64,000 bases of DNA, from the NCBI RefSeq assembly GCF_006345805.1, contig NC_043006.1, positions 64,356,001 to 64,420,000 of the forward strand, read 5' to 3'. Below are positions 39,556 through 53,496 of the stretch, piece after piece. The notes under the pieces are model-generated. The model was given only the letters and a program-made list of their open reading frames with translations, ran no database searches and was not told the DNA's origin. Numbering within the stretch: position 1 is the first letter of the stretch; every line of letters begins with the position of its first letter. The position numbers were made by a program, and so were the translations under genes. The stretch is from Octopus sinensis (taxonomy: Eukaryota).

Positions 39556-39965
39556 ATGTGTGAATATGTATTTGTGTGTCTGTGTTTGTTCCTCCCTACC
39601 ATCGCTTGACGACCAATGTTGGTATGTTTACGTCCCCATAACTTAGCAGTTTGATAGAATAAGTACTAGGCTTACAAAGAATAAGTCCTGGGGTCGTTTT
39701 TTTTCTACTAAAGGCGGTGCTCCAGCATGGCCATAGTCAAATGACTGAAACAAGTAAAAAGAATAAAAAAAAGAATACATATATATAATTCAATTCATTT
39801 CTTTCCAGGAAAACTAGCTACCCAACGGAACTTGAAGGAAAACTCATCAACAGCATGGGATTGGTGCTTGTGGCATTTGTCGGGATAGTCTTGTTCATCG
39901 TCAGCTGGTCCCCTTGGCAAAGAATCCCCCCACCTGAAGAACGTCACATTCAGCTTAGCGAATGA
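33454..39965 (+). CDS. CYB561-like: Cytochrome b561-family transmembrane ascorbate-dependent reductase, join(33454..33670,35385..35593,37357..37511,39809..39965), 245 aa
   Basis: Manual splicing gives 217+209+155+157=738 nt, in frame, ending in TGA. The four heme His motifs are present (FNYHP, KVLHG, YTLHSW, MPIHTFIG), plus ALMTYRVFR (cf. ALLVYRVFR ascorbate motif), six hydrophobic segments and a C-terminal WQRIPPPEE. Paralog (CYB561/CYBRD1/CYB561A3) cannot be assigned here. Confidence 0.95.
35385..35593 (+). CDS. CYB561-like: cytochrome b561 coding exon 2 (ALMTYRVFR...LHSWLGLTTVLLFSLQ)
   Basis: Acceptor ctccttcttttcAG at 35383-84, donor GTTTGT at 35594 (phase 0); contains His2 and His3. Confidence 0.94.
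37357..37511 (+). CDS. CYB561-like: cytochrome b561 coding exon 3 (VVVAFFSFLWPG...GMTEKAIFA)
   Basis: Acceptor tctcatctcattgcAG at 37355-56, donor GTAAGT at 37512 (phase 2); contains His4 and the GxTEK motif. Confidence 0.94.
38234..38452 (+). mobile_element. piggyBac-type MITE
   Basis: TTAA|CCCTTTCGTTACC...AAAAGGA|TTAA. Confidence 0.8.
39089..39306 (+). mobile_element. piggyBac-type MITE (duplicate of 38234 copy)
   Basis: TTAA flanks; near-identical to 38234-38452. Confidence 0.8.
39809..39965 (+). CDS. CYB561-like: cytochrome b561 coding exon 4 (KTSYPTELEGKLINSMGLVLVAFVGIVLFIVSWSPWQRIPPPEERHIQLSE*)
   Basis: Acceptor catttctttccAG at 39807-08; frame continues from phase 2; TM6 and stop TGA at 39963-65. 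Confidence 0.92.
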
Positions 39966-40087
39966 GGAGGGCAATGAGAAGAGAAACAGCAACACCCATG
40001 GATGTCTGTCACTGTGACAATGCATGAATCTCAGTCTCTGTCACAATTTGTTACCAGCTTATGACTTCAGCAAAACCTGACTTTTGT

Positions 40088-40566
40088 TATATATGTTTAG
40101 AGATATATAAATATATATGTTGATACATATAAATATATATGTTTATATATATATATAAATATTTATGTTTATACACATACACACACATATATATATATGT
40201 AAATGTATATATATGTAAATATATGTATATGTAAATATATATATGTATATGTAAATATATATGTATATGTAAATATATGTATATGTAAATATATGTATAT
40301 GTAAATATATGTATATGTAAACGTGTGTATGTAAACATATACATATATGTTTATGTATATAGATATATATATATAAATTTGTATGTGTGTATGTATATAT
40401 ATATATATTGTATACATGTAAACATATATATATATGCATGTATATATATATATATATATATGCATGTGTGTGTATATATATATTTATATATGCATGTATG
40501 GGTGTGTGTGTATATATATATATATATACTTGTACATAAACATACATATATATGTATAGATATATG

Positions 40567-40603
<37 letters not shown>

Positions 40604-40640
40604 TTGTACATAAACATACATATATATGTATAGATATATG

Positions 40641-40693
<53 letters not shown>

Positions 40694-40700
40694 CACATTT
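40088..40700. repeat. ~600-bp TA-rich compound microsatellite just downstream of the b561 stop codon
   Basis: Direct reading; probably in the 3' UTR. Confidence 0.9.
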
Positions 40701-41122
40701 ATTCTTATTTTTGTAGCTGTTTGATTTTCTTTGTTTTGTTTTTTAATCAGTATTATCGTGACAAACACTACACATATATTTTTAACTGTATTATATTTTT
40801 CTAAGTATTAATAACAATAACGGTTTCTTTCTTGTTCATAATATTATCCTGTGCAGCAGGGTGGACAGGGCATTGAACACAATGCCTTATGGTATTTCGT
40901 CATGTTCCATTATGATTCTAAGTTCAAGTCCTACTGAAGAGGGGAGTCGGCTTCGCCTCCTTTCTTTCCATGGATTGGGGCAGGGGCATGAGTAAAATAA
41001 TATACTGCTCATGCAAGATTGAGAGAGTAAGTTGATCAAATTGACTAAACTCATACCCACAAAGATTTTCTGGCATTTTGGTCTATGTTAACTATTAATA
41101 TTATAATTATTATTATCACTAA

Positions 41123-41540
41123 GGCAGCGAGCTGGCAGAAACATTAGGATGCTGGGCGAAATGCTTAGTGGTATTTCGTCTGTCTTTACATTCTGAGTTC
41201 AAATTCCGTCAAGGTCGACTTTGCCTTTCATCCTTTCGGGGTCGATAAATTAAGTACCAGTTGCATATTGGTTTCAATTTAATCGACTGGCCCCCACTCC
41301 AAAAATTTCGGGCCTTGTGCCTAGAGTAGAAAAGAATATTATTATTATTATCATTAAGGCAGCAAGCTGGCAGAAATGTTAGCATGCAGGGCAAAATACT
41401 TAGTAGTATTTCATCTACCGTTACGTTCTGAGTTCAAATTCACTATCAGTAAAATTAGTACATATGAAACATTGGGGTCAATGTAATCGGTTGGCCCCTT
41501 CCCCCAAAATTCCAGGCCTTGTGCCTAAAGTAGGAAGAAT
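41123..41540 (+). mobile_element. Two tandem SINE family B copies
   Basis: ggcagcgagctggcagaa...gagttcaaattcc...gcctttcatcctttcggggtcgataaattaagtaccag, with (ATT)n tails. Confidence 0.75.
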
Positions 41541-43346
41541 TATTGTTATTATTACTATTATTGTGGGGCTTGTAATAAGAATCAGAAGAGCACTGGAACA
41601 AATGCTTGCAGTTTTCCATCAGGTTCTTTACATTCTGTGTTGAAATCTCATGAGGGTCAGCTTGCCCTTTTGGGTCAAAGAAATAAAGTACTAGTGCTGG
41701 GGTTGAAGATGTCGACTTACACTCTCCTCTGAATCAGAAACCATTATTATTGTTGTAGATATTGTTTGAACAGTAAATTGGTAGAAACTGTTCTGGTACC
41801 AGAGTGAATACTAAATGGGGTTTTTTCTATGGTTCTCTACAATTAGATTTGAACAAATTCAACATTTCAGACTTGCAATTCTTCTTAAAGTCAGCTTTGA
41901 TGGTGCGTAATTCTTGTAATTTGATCAAATATGTACCAGCAATATAACAGGGATCAATTCCATCAACTCTCTCCCTCCTCTTCAACCTGCCCTCAACCCA
42001 TCTGCCCCTTCACTCAATTTCCTGCAAAGCAAAACTTTAGGCTCCACTCCTACCCCTGGCTTTGTCCCAGAAAGAAATAAAATGAAGTAAAAGAAAAAAA
42101 AATGCATTTCTTCTAAGCACTAACAAACAATAGAAAAAAACTATACAAATAAAAAGAATCCATAACTGCCCACCCCTCTCTAAATTTCATTTTGACTCTC
42201 TTGCTTTGCTTTTTCATAATCATGCATTAACATTTTAAAATCATTAACATGTTTTTTGAGGTTGTTTTGTTTTTGAATTTTATTTTTGGTTGTTTTTAAA
42301 GACCCACCCAATCTCGACCACCACCACTCTGTTTTTCAGTAATTAAGTAAAACAAAGAACAAAATAAAAACACCTAAAAAATAAATATGATTGAACAAAG
42401 GGTGGTTCTGAGGAAGGGATCAGGAGCTGAGGGTGGGTCCATGGAAATTTTATAGAATATTTGTGATTGTTTTTGTTTTTTATTTTTGTTATAACGCTTT
42501 ATAAAATAACTGTTCTGTTGTTATTGTTACTATTATTGTTGTTGTTGTTCATTGCTTTTGTTGTTGTTGTTTATTAATTTTGACACCTGGCAAAGTGTCT
42601 CCAATGTGTCGAGGCTGCTGCTGCACCACCCTTAAACACAGGTATTAAGGTATGTAATAATAAACCTTCCCACCCTCGATACAGGTCTCAAAGGTGGTAA
42701 GGTAATAGCCAAACTGGTTGAGAAAAAATTAATGATAATAATAACTTGCCCCACCCTACCAAAAGAAATTTGTAGTAACCAGAAGTTCCATTTCTTCATG
42801 GTACTGCTGTATCAACTCTTCTTTCTAGCATGGGCATTCTCCTCTAAAGGGTAAGAGGACTTTACACTCATTATTGTACATTGGTGAAACACAGATCAAT
42901 TATACAGTGTTCCTGCTGCCTACGAAAATACAATCTCTCTTTCTCTCCCTCCCTCACCCCTCTCTCTCTCTCTCTCTTTGTGAGATATTTTTGCCCTTGA
43001 AGGACACATTTGTAAATTGCTGAAACTTTAGCAGTCTTTGAACCCTTTCTTGTGGTACCAAAGACCACATGGTGATAGAGTACCACTCCATGTCCTCTCA
43101 ACCCATTGGGCTATTGTTATTCGTGATATAAAGGAGAGAAGTTGTAACATATACAAGGATTTTTCTCAATGAGGCAAAGATTCTGTACAAGGTTTTTATT
43201 CTCAACTTGAACTTTACTTCACACAGCACATTGTTTATATGTCTTAGATAGAGACGTGACTGATATAACATCCCATTTTTGTCTCCTTTCCTATAGAAAT
43301 CATCATTCTCATTATCCTCATCATCATAATAATTATTATTATTAAT

Positions 43347-44580
43347 AAGGCGGCGAGCTGGCAGAACCATTAGCATGCCAGGCAAAATGCTTAGCAGTAT
43401 TTCGTCCATCTTTATGTTCTGAGTTCAAATTCTGCTGAGGTCGACTTTGCCTTTCATCCTTTCGGGGTCAATAAATTAAGTACCAGTTGCGTACTGGGAT
43501 TGATCTAATCGACTGGCCCCTTTGCCAAAAATTTCAAGCCTTGTGCCTAGAGTAGGAAAAAAAAATTATTAATAAGGCAGTGAGTTGGCAGAAACATTAG
43601 TACACTGGGTGAAATGCTTAGCAGTATTTCGTCCATCTTAATGTTCTGAGTTCAAATTATGCTGAGGTCGACTTTGCTTTTCATCCTTTCAGGGTCAGTA
43701 AATTAAGTACCAGTGAAATATTGGGATTGAGTGTAATCGACTTAATCCCTTCCCCCTAATTTGAAGCCTTGAACTTCCAGGAGAAAAGATTCTTAATCGT
43801 AGAGTAAGGCAGAATCATTAGCATGCTTCATTTTGTCTGTCTTTATGCTCTGAGTTCAAATATTAGCCAAGTCATTTTGCCTTTCATCCTTTCAAGGTTG
43901 ATGAAATAAGTACCAGTTGACCATTGGGGTCAATGTAATCAACTTACCCCTCTCCTGAAATTGCTGGCCTTGTGCCAAAATTTAAAACCATCATTATTAT
44001 TATTATTATCAAAGATAAGGCAGTGAGCTGGCCGAATCGTTAGCATGCTGGGCAAAATGCTTAGTGGTATTTCACCCTTTGCTACATTCTGAGTTCAAAT
44101 TCCACCAAGGTCAACTTTGCTTTTCATTCTTTCAGGGTCAATATGGTCGACTGTCCACTCCCCTGCCAAATTCGAGGCCTTATGCTTCCAGTAGAAAGTA
44201 TTGCTATTAAGATGACAGGCTGGCAAAATTATTTGCATGCCAGGCATGCTAATGATTCTGTTATTTTGCTATTTTAGAAAATAACAAGTACCAGTTGGGG
44301 ACTGGGGTTGACAAAATCGACTAATCCCCACCCCCCAAATTTCAGACCTTGTGCCTATTGTAGAAAGGATTGTTATTATTACTGTTGTTATTACGGCAGT
44401 GAGCTGGCAAAACCATTGGCATGCTGAACAGTATGCTCAGTGACATGTCTTGTCTTTACATTTTGGGTTCAAATTCCATTGAAGCCAACCTTATCTTTCA
44501 TCTTTTCAGGGTTGATGTAATCAACTTACCCCTTCCCCACAAAATTTCAAGCCTTGTACCTGTAATAGAAAAGATTATTC
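43347..44580 (+). mobile_element. Head-to-tail array of about six SINE family B copies
   Basis: Heads at ~43347, 43575, 43805, 44017, 44210 and 44395, separated by short ATT-rich tails. Confidence 0.75.
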
Positions 44581-45424
44581 ATCATCATCATCATCATCAT
44601 CGTTTAATGTCCGCTTTCCATGCTAGCATGAGGCGCAGTCATGGCTGTGTGGTTAGGAAGCTTGCTTCCTAGCTACATGGTTTTGGGTTCAGTCCCACCA
44701 TGTTGCACTTTGGGTTAGTGTCTTCTGCTATAGCCCCGGAGCGACCAAAGCTTTGTAATTGAATTTGGTAGGCGGAAGTTGCTGACATGTGTGTGTAGGT
44801 GCTTGTGCCTCTCCAAGAGAGAGAGGGGGAATTATTATTATTATTACCTGTTTCAGGTGGTTGATAGTAGAACAGCAGACAATAGAACGAGCTGTAGCTA
44901 GTTACATCCCTCCAGGTTGTAAGTTCAAGTCTGAGGGTTAACTTTTCCTGTCATTCTTATCTAAAACAATTCCAGTTAGGGATCCCTATAATTAAATCAT
45001 CTTCTCTCTCTCTCTCTCCATTTTTGGCTTTCTACCCACCTGTGTGGTAAGGAGCTTGTTTCCCAACCACTTGGTTCTGGGTTCAATCCCACTGTGTAGC
45101 ACCTTCGGCAAGTGCCTTCTACTATGTCCTCAGGCCAACCAAAGCCTAGAGATGGATCTGGTAGGCGGAAACTGAAAGAAACTCATCATATATATATATA
45201 TATGAACATATTTGTTCCACTACTGTCACTTGACAACCAATGTTGGTGTGTTTATGTCCCCCATAACTTAGTGGTTCAGCAAAAGCGACCAATAGAATAA
45301 GTACTAGGCTTACAAAGAGTAAGTCCTCAGGTTGATTTGTTCAAGTAAAGGTGGTGCTCCAGCATGGCCGCAGTCAAGTAAAAGAATATGTATATGTGTG
45401 GAGCAAGCATGTATATTATGTATG

Positions 45425-45455
<31 letters not shown>

Positions 45456-47784
45456 TTGTGTTTATGATGCTAAAAATAACATGAAGATGAGGTAAAAAAC
45501 CAAACATTTCTGATTTATACTCAGAAAATATTATCTCTCTCTCTCTTTCTATATATATGTATGTGAGAGGGTATACCTTTTATTATATATTACCTTGTGA
45601 TGCACCTGGACTACTTATCAGGGACGTTTCTTAAGGTCATTAGATATTTCAGGTCTTTCAACAATCAGACACCCTCACCCAGGTGACTGAGCTAGGATTA
45701 ATCAGGCCTCAGCTTTATGTCCAGTTTGCACTACCCTTGATAGCACACCACTCATGTGTGCATGTTTATATACAATGTAATTGCTTATGGTGGTCCATCA
45801 AATCCTGTGATAACATCTGCATCACTTTGGTACCTTGTATTGGTCCTCTTTTCATCTCCATTTCAAAGTGGTCCTCAACTGATGTTTGAACCATTTCCTC
45901 AGTCCTAGAGCCAAGTGTTGACCTTATTCCAAGCTGTCTCAGTAGGTGCCTGTTTAGTGTACATTCAATGATAGTAGCATTGGATCAGTGGCAGATTTCT
46001 ATAAATGTATTCCAATCTTTTGGAGACAATAGATATCAATTGATATATATATATGTATATATACAAGGTAATGGCAATGGAATTTATGGAAAAAACACTA
46101 CATGTATAATAGATGCAGACAAGCTCAACCCTTCATCAGCAGGGAAGCAAATATCATCACAATTTCAACACCTGACAATATTCTTTGATTTGGTGATGTC
46201 AGCAACTGAAGCTGCTAGGATGTAAATGAACACATGCACACACACACTTATGTGTGTGTGATTGGTGTATGCATCTATATAATAATATATTGAGTGAACA
46301 GTTTTTGTTTAGACATGACCTGTTAACATGACTATGTTTTAGTTTCTCTTTTTATATATTTTCGTATGAACACCTGATGATGAGACTATGAATGCTTAGA
46401 AACATTAATGATGGATTTAAAAACTTCATTGTCCCATACAAACTGCAATGGTCTCATACTAAAATATTTTTAAAATCCTAATAAATAACTTAAAATTAGA
46501 ACACTGACATTTTTTCAGTACAACACACATGCACTCACACACATGTGTATATAGTTTGTATGCTCAACATAAACTGTTTCTGTGCTTTGCTGATGACCAT
46601 TTCAACCAGTGTATATGAAGCAGTCTTTGTGCACTCAACCCCCAATTTAACCTGGTGGTTATAATATCCTTTTTTCCTGCTGCTCATTATCTGCTATCTA
46701 ATCCTTTCTACCAACTCACTTATTACCCCAAAAGTGAATAGTAAACTTCTTTAACCCTTTCTGGTAGAACAAGTTATATAAAAACGAGTGACATACCAGC
46801 AAAGTGGAATAAATTCAATTGAAAAATTATCATGTCATAGAACAGTAAAACCAACCGCAACAACCATGGAACTAGTGGCACAATTTCTAACTTATCAAAT
46901 ATACACTTTTATATATTACACACACATGCACACACTTTACTAATGAAATGATACCAGACATTATTAACACGAATTTGATAGAGAATAGAAGAGCAACAAA
47001 CCCCCAATTTTCCCAATTCATTCTGCTGTTCAACCTTCTGGGTTCATTAGCAAAGTGGAGTCAATTCAATCAGTCGTACACTTTTTTTCAACAGTAAGTT
47101 GAAATATTCAAACAGGGAGGTGGATTGGCAGGTTCCTTGTGGTGTTTGATTTTGATCCTTTACTTTCTGAGTTCAAATCCCACCAAGGTTGACTCTGTCT
47201 TTCATGGGTTCAACAAAAATAAAGGATCAATCTGTTATTGGATTCAATTTAATCAATTATACCTATCTTCTAAATTCGAGGCTTTGTGCCTATGACAGAA
47301 ACCAATTTTAAAACAGTGAGCCACTTGCACTTCTGTCTTTGATTGGTATTTATATTGTTTACACCCGATCTAATTCAAATTAATATTTTAACATTATAAA
47401 TTATATTCTATATTTCTTATCACTAATCTACCTGTGACAAAATGTATTTTTCATATGTATTGTTTGCTACGTAAAAATATTTATTGGCAGAATTTGTAGA
47501 GTGTCAAACGAGATGCCAAGCAGTATTTAGCTGTGGCCATTTATGTTCTGCATTCAAATCCTGCTGAGATCAACTTTGTCTTTCATCCCACTGAATCAAT
47601 GAAATAAGGTACCAGTAATATGCTGTGTTGGTTTCTATTGCTATAATAATGCATCCAAAATGGAATGAAATTGTTATAGAAGAGAATCATTGTAACTATC
47701 TTTTTTTGTCTCTCTACTTTATGTCATTCAAGACTACTTATCATTTCCTTTCTCCTGCTATATAAGGGTGTATATACACACTCA

Positions 47785-47789
<5 letters not shown>

Positions 47790-47815
<26 letters not shown>

Positions 47816-48189
47816 CATACACATATATACAAATATATATACGTATATATATATATATATATAAATATATACATGTACATATATATGCATATATACACAT
47901 ACATATATATGTATATATATTTGTGTGTATATATATATGTATATACATATATATATATAAACATATATATACGTATATACATATATATATAAACATATAC
48001 ATATGTATATATTTATGTATATATACATATACATACATATATATATAACATATATAAATATACATACATACGTATATATATATATATTTACATACATATA
48101 TTTATATACATGTACATATATATCTACATATATATATATACATACATATGTACATATATATGCATTATATATACATTATATATATACAT

Positions 48190-48220
<31 letters not shown>

Positions 48221-48410
48221 TACATATATATATATACATACATATGTACACATGTGTTTATATATACATATACATATGCATACATATACATTATATATAT
48301 ATATATATATATACACACACATATATATACATACATGTATGCATGTGTTTACATATATATATATATATATACTTACATTTATACATATACAGTTATATAT
48401 ATACATACAC
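47790..48410. repeat. ~620-bp TA/CA compound microsatellite
   Basis: Direct reading. Confidence 0.95.
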
Positions 48411-49672
48411 ACATATCCCAGAAAACAGCTCTCAAGCTTCATATTCATGTACGAAACTCAGAATGTATCTTATTTTTACGAACAAATGTCATTTAAAACA
48501 GTGTTATAGAGAAAGGAAAGAAAGACAGGGATAAAGGAGATAATTTTAAGGAAATCAAAGAAACAACCACTGTAAAATTTGGGTTCCAAACTGGAGGTAA
48601 TACATGCATGCTCGTCGACCCATTAGAAACAACAGCTAAAACTTCTTTCAAATACATCATAGCACCTCAAAATAAAAATTAAATTATCAAATAATATACT
48701 CCTAGATACACTTTGGCTCGATCATTTTTCTTCATATTATTGTTTTCAATTTATACCTAAATATACCTACAAACCTGCCTTAATAAGTTGACTTTATTTA
48801 TTATAATTGTTGTTTATCCTCAGGACAGATCTTTGCATCTAATATAAGTGATATATGTAATTCCTAACATATATATACATACATGCACACATTATACATA
48901 TAGACATCAGGTTTAATAGAGGCATGATCTCATACATCCAGGATCAGTTTTCTGTCTTCTGCAACATTGTGCAGTATGTGAAGTTGTTGATAATTTGCAT
49001 AACGGAAAGAATTTGTATGTGTGTATATGTATATATATATATATTTGTGTTTATTGCAGAATACTGATGAGGCAAAAGTATATAATATTTTTACAATTGT
49101 TATGTAATCATGACAGCCACTTATTTGAAACACGTGTATGTTCTATAAAGCAGCATTGAATATCATTCCCCTCTTTTTTTTTTAATAGAGGTACTAGACT
49201 TATAAAACTGTATACTTTGATTAATATATATATATATATGAAAATACGAATGGAATACCTGTTAATATTGGCTTGCTCAGTCTGTAGCATTGACCTGAGG
49301 CTACACAACAACTTCACTGGTGCTAAAACAAACTGACTTGCTGGATAAACATTAAGCATTGCTGTTTGGTTGGGGTAGAAGTGGGTTATATTTTGGGGAT
49401 GAATCTTTAATCTTAACAAATCATAAAAAATTGATACATTATTCTATTCAAATTATCCCACAAATACACACACACAGAGACATGTATATATGTATTTATA
49501 ACCACAATACTCCCTATCTCTCCTTACCCCTCTCATTCTTACTGTTTTCTTCAAATGTTCAATTTAAAGATATAAGTCTTTATTGCTTATTTGTATCTAG
49601 TTTTGCAACTAAAACATTTATTATTACATTTTACATTTCATTGTAACTTTTCTCCATTTAATGCATTATATA

Positions 49673-49704
<32 letters not shown>

Positions 49705-50704
49705 GTGCAAAGTTTTATTCTATATTTCTTGTTTTATATTGAAATTGGGCTACTTTTAGAATCATTCTACATATATACATATATATGTTTATATATATAT
49801 ATATATATATAGCCTTCTTTGATCTATTTTTATTTCTGTTGCAATTTCTCAAATATTACCCGTTGTTATTGGCAAATGTTAAAAACAGATTGATAATAAA
49901 AAAATAATATATATACATATATATATATATACAAAAGTGTTTTTGTTTTGTAAAATGTGTGTAAAAAAATAGAGGAAACTGATGGTAACATATATACATT
50001 TTACCATCTTTTACTTTTCCCAGTCATTATATATATATTACACGGTTGACCAGAGTAACAGAATTTGTTATACATTGCTGGTCACAATGCACTTTGTATC
50101 ATTTTAGCTCTTGAATGGTACCAACCCACCGGCTAGGTGACCCATCCAACATTCTCCTGATTGGAAGGCTATTCCATTGCAGAGTAACCCATTTACAGCT
50201 GAGTGGACTGGAGCAATGTGAGATGAAGTGTCTTGCTCAAGGACACAATGCAGTGTTCAGTCCAGGAATCGAACCCATGATCTAGCAATTGTGAGAGCAA
50301 CACCTTGACCACTTGGCAATGTGCCTACACACACATGCATACATATTTATATATGCATGTATACAGGCCATGCTGGAATGGAAGGCAGGTATTAAATGAT
50401 AACAGTGATGATGATGATGATGATGATGATGACGATGACAACGACGACGATGACGACAACAGGATATACAAGCTACATTTGATGACTTCATGTCTCCTTT
50501 TCTCAGGAAGTGCTTGATGTATTGTGAACACTCAATAGTGTTGGAGAGCACAAAAATTAAAGTTAAAGTTGAGAAAAAATTACCTGTCATGGAAGACTGG
50601 AAGCCATCTGAATATTGGAAAAGAGTTACCTGTATCATGATGATAAACATCAGGTATCAAAATGCCAGTATCATGACTGCTGCTCAGTGTTCTATGAATA
50701 CTGT

Positions 50705-51200
50705 AAAGGCTATGATGTCCCATGTATCATGAAAACCAAGTTCCCACCAAATTGTGATGGTCTTTGTGTGTGTCTCCAATGAATATGATGTTATGCCACT
50801 CCACATCTTTGAACAGGGCCTTAGGCTCAATTCAGACAGCTACACGAAGCTACTGGGGACTGTGGTCAATCCTTGGCTGGAAAGGGTTACTGCTGGAAGG
50901 CCATATGTGTAGCAGCAGGATTTACCCACCTTGCCATACTTCTGGAAAGAGAAGTGGATGTTAGAAAATTTCTACAACTTTGCTATCCCTAATTTCTGGC
51001 CTCCTAATCCACCTGATTGTAATCCCATGGATTACTGAGAAAGACACCAACCACTCTGGCTGCAACACCAAGGCCGAACTTGTGACCAAGATCAAGGAGG
51101 TGTTTGAAGATCTTCCAAGGGACACAGGAATGCATGTACCAGGTTCTGGAGCTGTTTTGAGACCATGATGGAAGCTGAGGGCAGCTAATTTGAGTAAACT
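50705..51200 (+). mobile_element. Tc1/mariner (DD37D/maT-like) transposase remnant
   Basis: DVMPLHIFEQGLRLNSDSYTKLLGTVVNPWLERVTAGRPYV*QQD...FWPPNPPDCNPMDY, with frameshifts. Confidence 0.85.
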
Positions 51201-52019
51201 GTTATCTCCCTGCCATGATCTGTTTTTATCTTTTATTCTTTACTTATTTCAGTCAACAGACTATGGCCCCCATCCATCATCTCTCTCACTGCAGCTCTCC
51301 CTTTCAACTACTTGCTTATCCATTAATATTGTCCTCTCCACCCATGTGTTACATTGATTATCTTCCTCATACTGAACCATGCACTGTTTCCCTCCCCCTT
51401 TCCTCATCTTTTAACCCCTCATCCACCATAAAGACCACCCTCTACACCCATCTGACTTTTCAGCATTGCAACCTGCATGGCAACCTCACTAGTGCTGATT
51501 TCAAGAAGAATCCACCTGTTATTTTCTGTAAAGTGGTTGGCATTATGAAGGGCATCCAACCAATGAAACCATGCCAAAACAGATACTGATCCTTCGAATC
51601 CACTCAAACAGTCCAACTCATGCCCATATGGAACATGGACGTTAGATGATGATGATGATAATGATGGTTGTGGTGGCGGTGATAGTGACGATATATACAT
51701 TGTGTGTGTGTACATGTATGTGTGTGTAATAATTAACTGAAACTCAGAGAAGTGAGAAATGAAACATCCCATTTGTTGACAGCTGTTTCATAATCTGTAT
51801 CCTATTACATCATTCACACTAAAGTGTCATACATACGTATAAAAAGACATAGTTGAACATTTATAGTTGTGTTGCAGTAGAATGGTTAAGATTTCTTGTA
51901 AGAACATTTCATGAATAGTAACTATTAAACTCTGCTAAATTAAGCTAAGTTGTCTCATATAGCAACAGACATAAAATATAGTTATTCCTTTCTACTCTCA
52001 ACACAAGGCTTGAAATTTT

Positions 52020-52560
52020 GGGGTAGGGGGCCAGTCGATTATATCTGGTACTTAATTTATCGACCCTAAAAGGATGAAAGACAAAGTCGACCTCGGCGGA
52101 ATTTGAGCTCAGAGCGTAAAGACGTAAGCATTTCGCCCGGCGTGCTAACGTTTCTTATTTCTTGACTGCCCACAAGGGGCTACACACAGAGGGGACAGAC
52201 AAACGGATTAAGTCGATTATATCGACCCCAGAGTGTAACTGGTACTTATTTAATCGAACCCGAAAGGATGAAAGGCAAAGTCGACCTCAACAGAATTTGA
52301 ACTCAGAACGTAGCGGCAGACGAAATACCTATTTCTTTACTGCCCACAAGTGGCTACACACAGAGGGGACAAACAAGGACAGACAAACGGATTAAGTCGA
52401 TTACATCGACCCCAGTGCGTAACTGGTACTTATTTTATTGACCCCGAAAGGATGAAAGGCTAAGTCGACTTCGACGGAATTTGAACTCAGAACGTGACGG
52501 CAGACGAAATACCGTTAAGCATTTCGCCCGGCGTGCTAACGTTTCTGCCAGCACGCTACC
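52020..52560 (-). mobile_element. Nested/tandem young SINE family B copies
   Basis: About three reverse-complement copies of the family B core in tandem. Confidence 0.75.
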
Positions 52561-53457
52561 TTTTGAAATATATTTATTAAGGTTGCACATCTTTCACTCA
52601 CCATAGTATCCATAATTTTGAGCATATATTAAATCAAAAATAAATAGATAAATATAGTCAAGCGAGATAAAATAGTTAGTCATCTAATTGACCAAAATTT
52701 GGCCATGGAGCATCACAAAATTTTAAAATATAACAAAAAATAATCATAAAAAGAAGGTGAAATAAATAGGTCGAAGAATGTTAGGGCAGAGATTTAACAG
52801 GAGAATGCTGGACTGGTAACCCAGTGACATATATTCCAAATTCCGTCATTATCACCATTATGTGATTGACCAATTCCATTACCATTAAGGGGTAAGTCGG
52901 TTATATCAATCCCAGCTTTCAACCGTTTCTTTATTTTATCGACGCTGAAAGGTTAAGTCAACCCCTGCGTAATTTGAAATCATAACGTAAAAACGGACAA
53001 AACGCCGCTAAGCTTTTCGTCTGCCATCTTAACAATTCTTCCATCTAGCCGCCTTACATTACCATTCATATTCTCTTTCTAAGGCAGCGAGTTGGCAGAA
53101 TTGTAAGCATGCTGGAAAAAATGTTTAGCAGCATTTCGAACGTCTTTACGTTCTGAGTTCATATTCCATCGAAGTCGACTTTCGGGGTCAATAAAACAAG
53201 TATCACTTGAACATTGGGATCAATGTACTCGATTTACACCCACCCACCCGAAATTGCTGGCCTCGTGCCAAAAATTTGAAACCAATATTATCGTCTTCTT
53301 GCAGGAAGGATACTCATGAACATAGTTTTTGTGGAATGCAGTGTTTCTCTTCTTGAGTACGATTTCTGGCTTCCTATGTGAAGTCATCAGGAAACGTTTC
53401 TTTGGAAGATTATTACCGACCCACAGGATGTTATCCGCTTCATTTCTGAGAGCTTGG

Positions 53458-53489
<32 letters not shown>

Positions 53490-53496
<7 letters not shown>

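Noticed and set aside
39940-39962. Lysosomal dileucine signal in the b561 C-terminus (EERHIQL)
   Set aside because: Does not match [DE]xxxL[LI] or DxxLL.
51770-51815. Minus-strand GAAAC-AGCU-GUC with hairpin
   Set aside because: The CUGAUGA core has two substitutions and stem I is absent; at most a dead relic.
53360-53400. Minus-strand CUGAUGA-CUUC/GAAG-CCA-GAAAU
   Set aside because: Stem II is out of register by 3 nt and there is no valid stem III or stem I.
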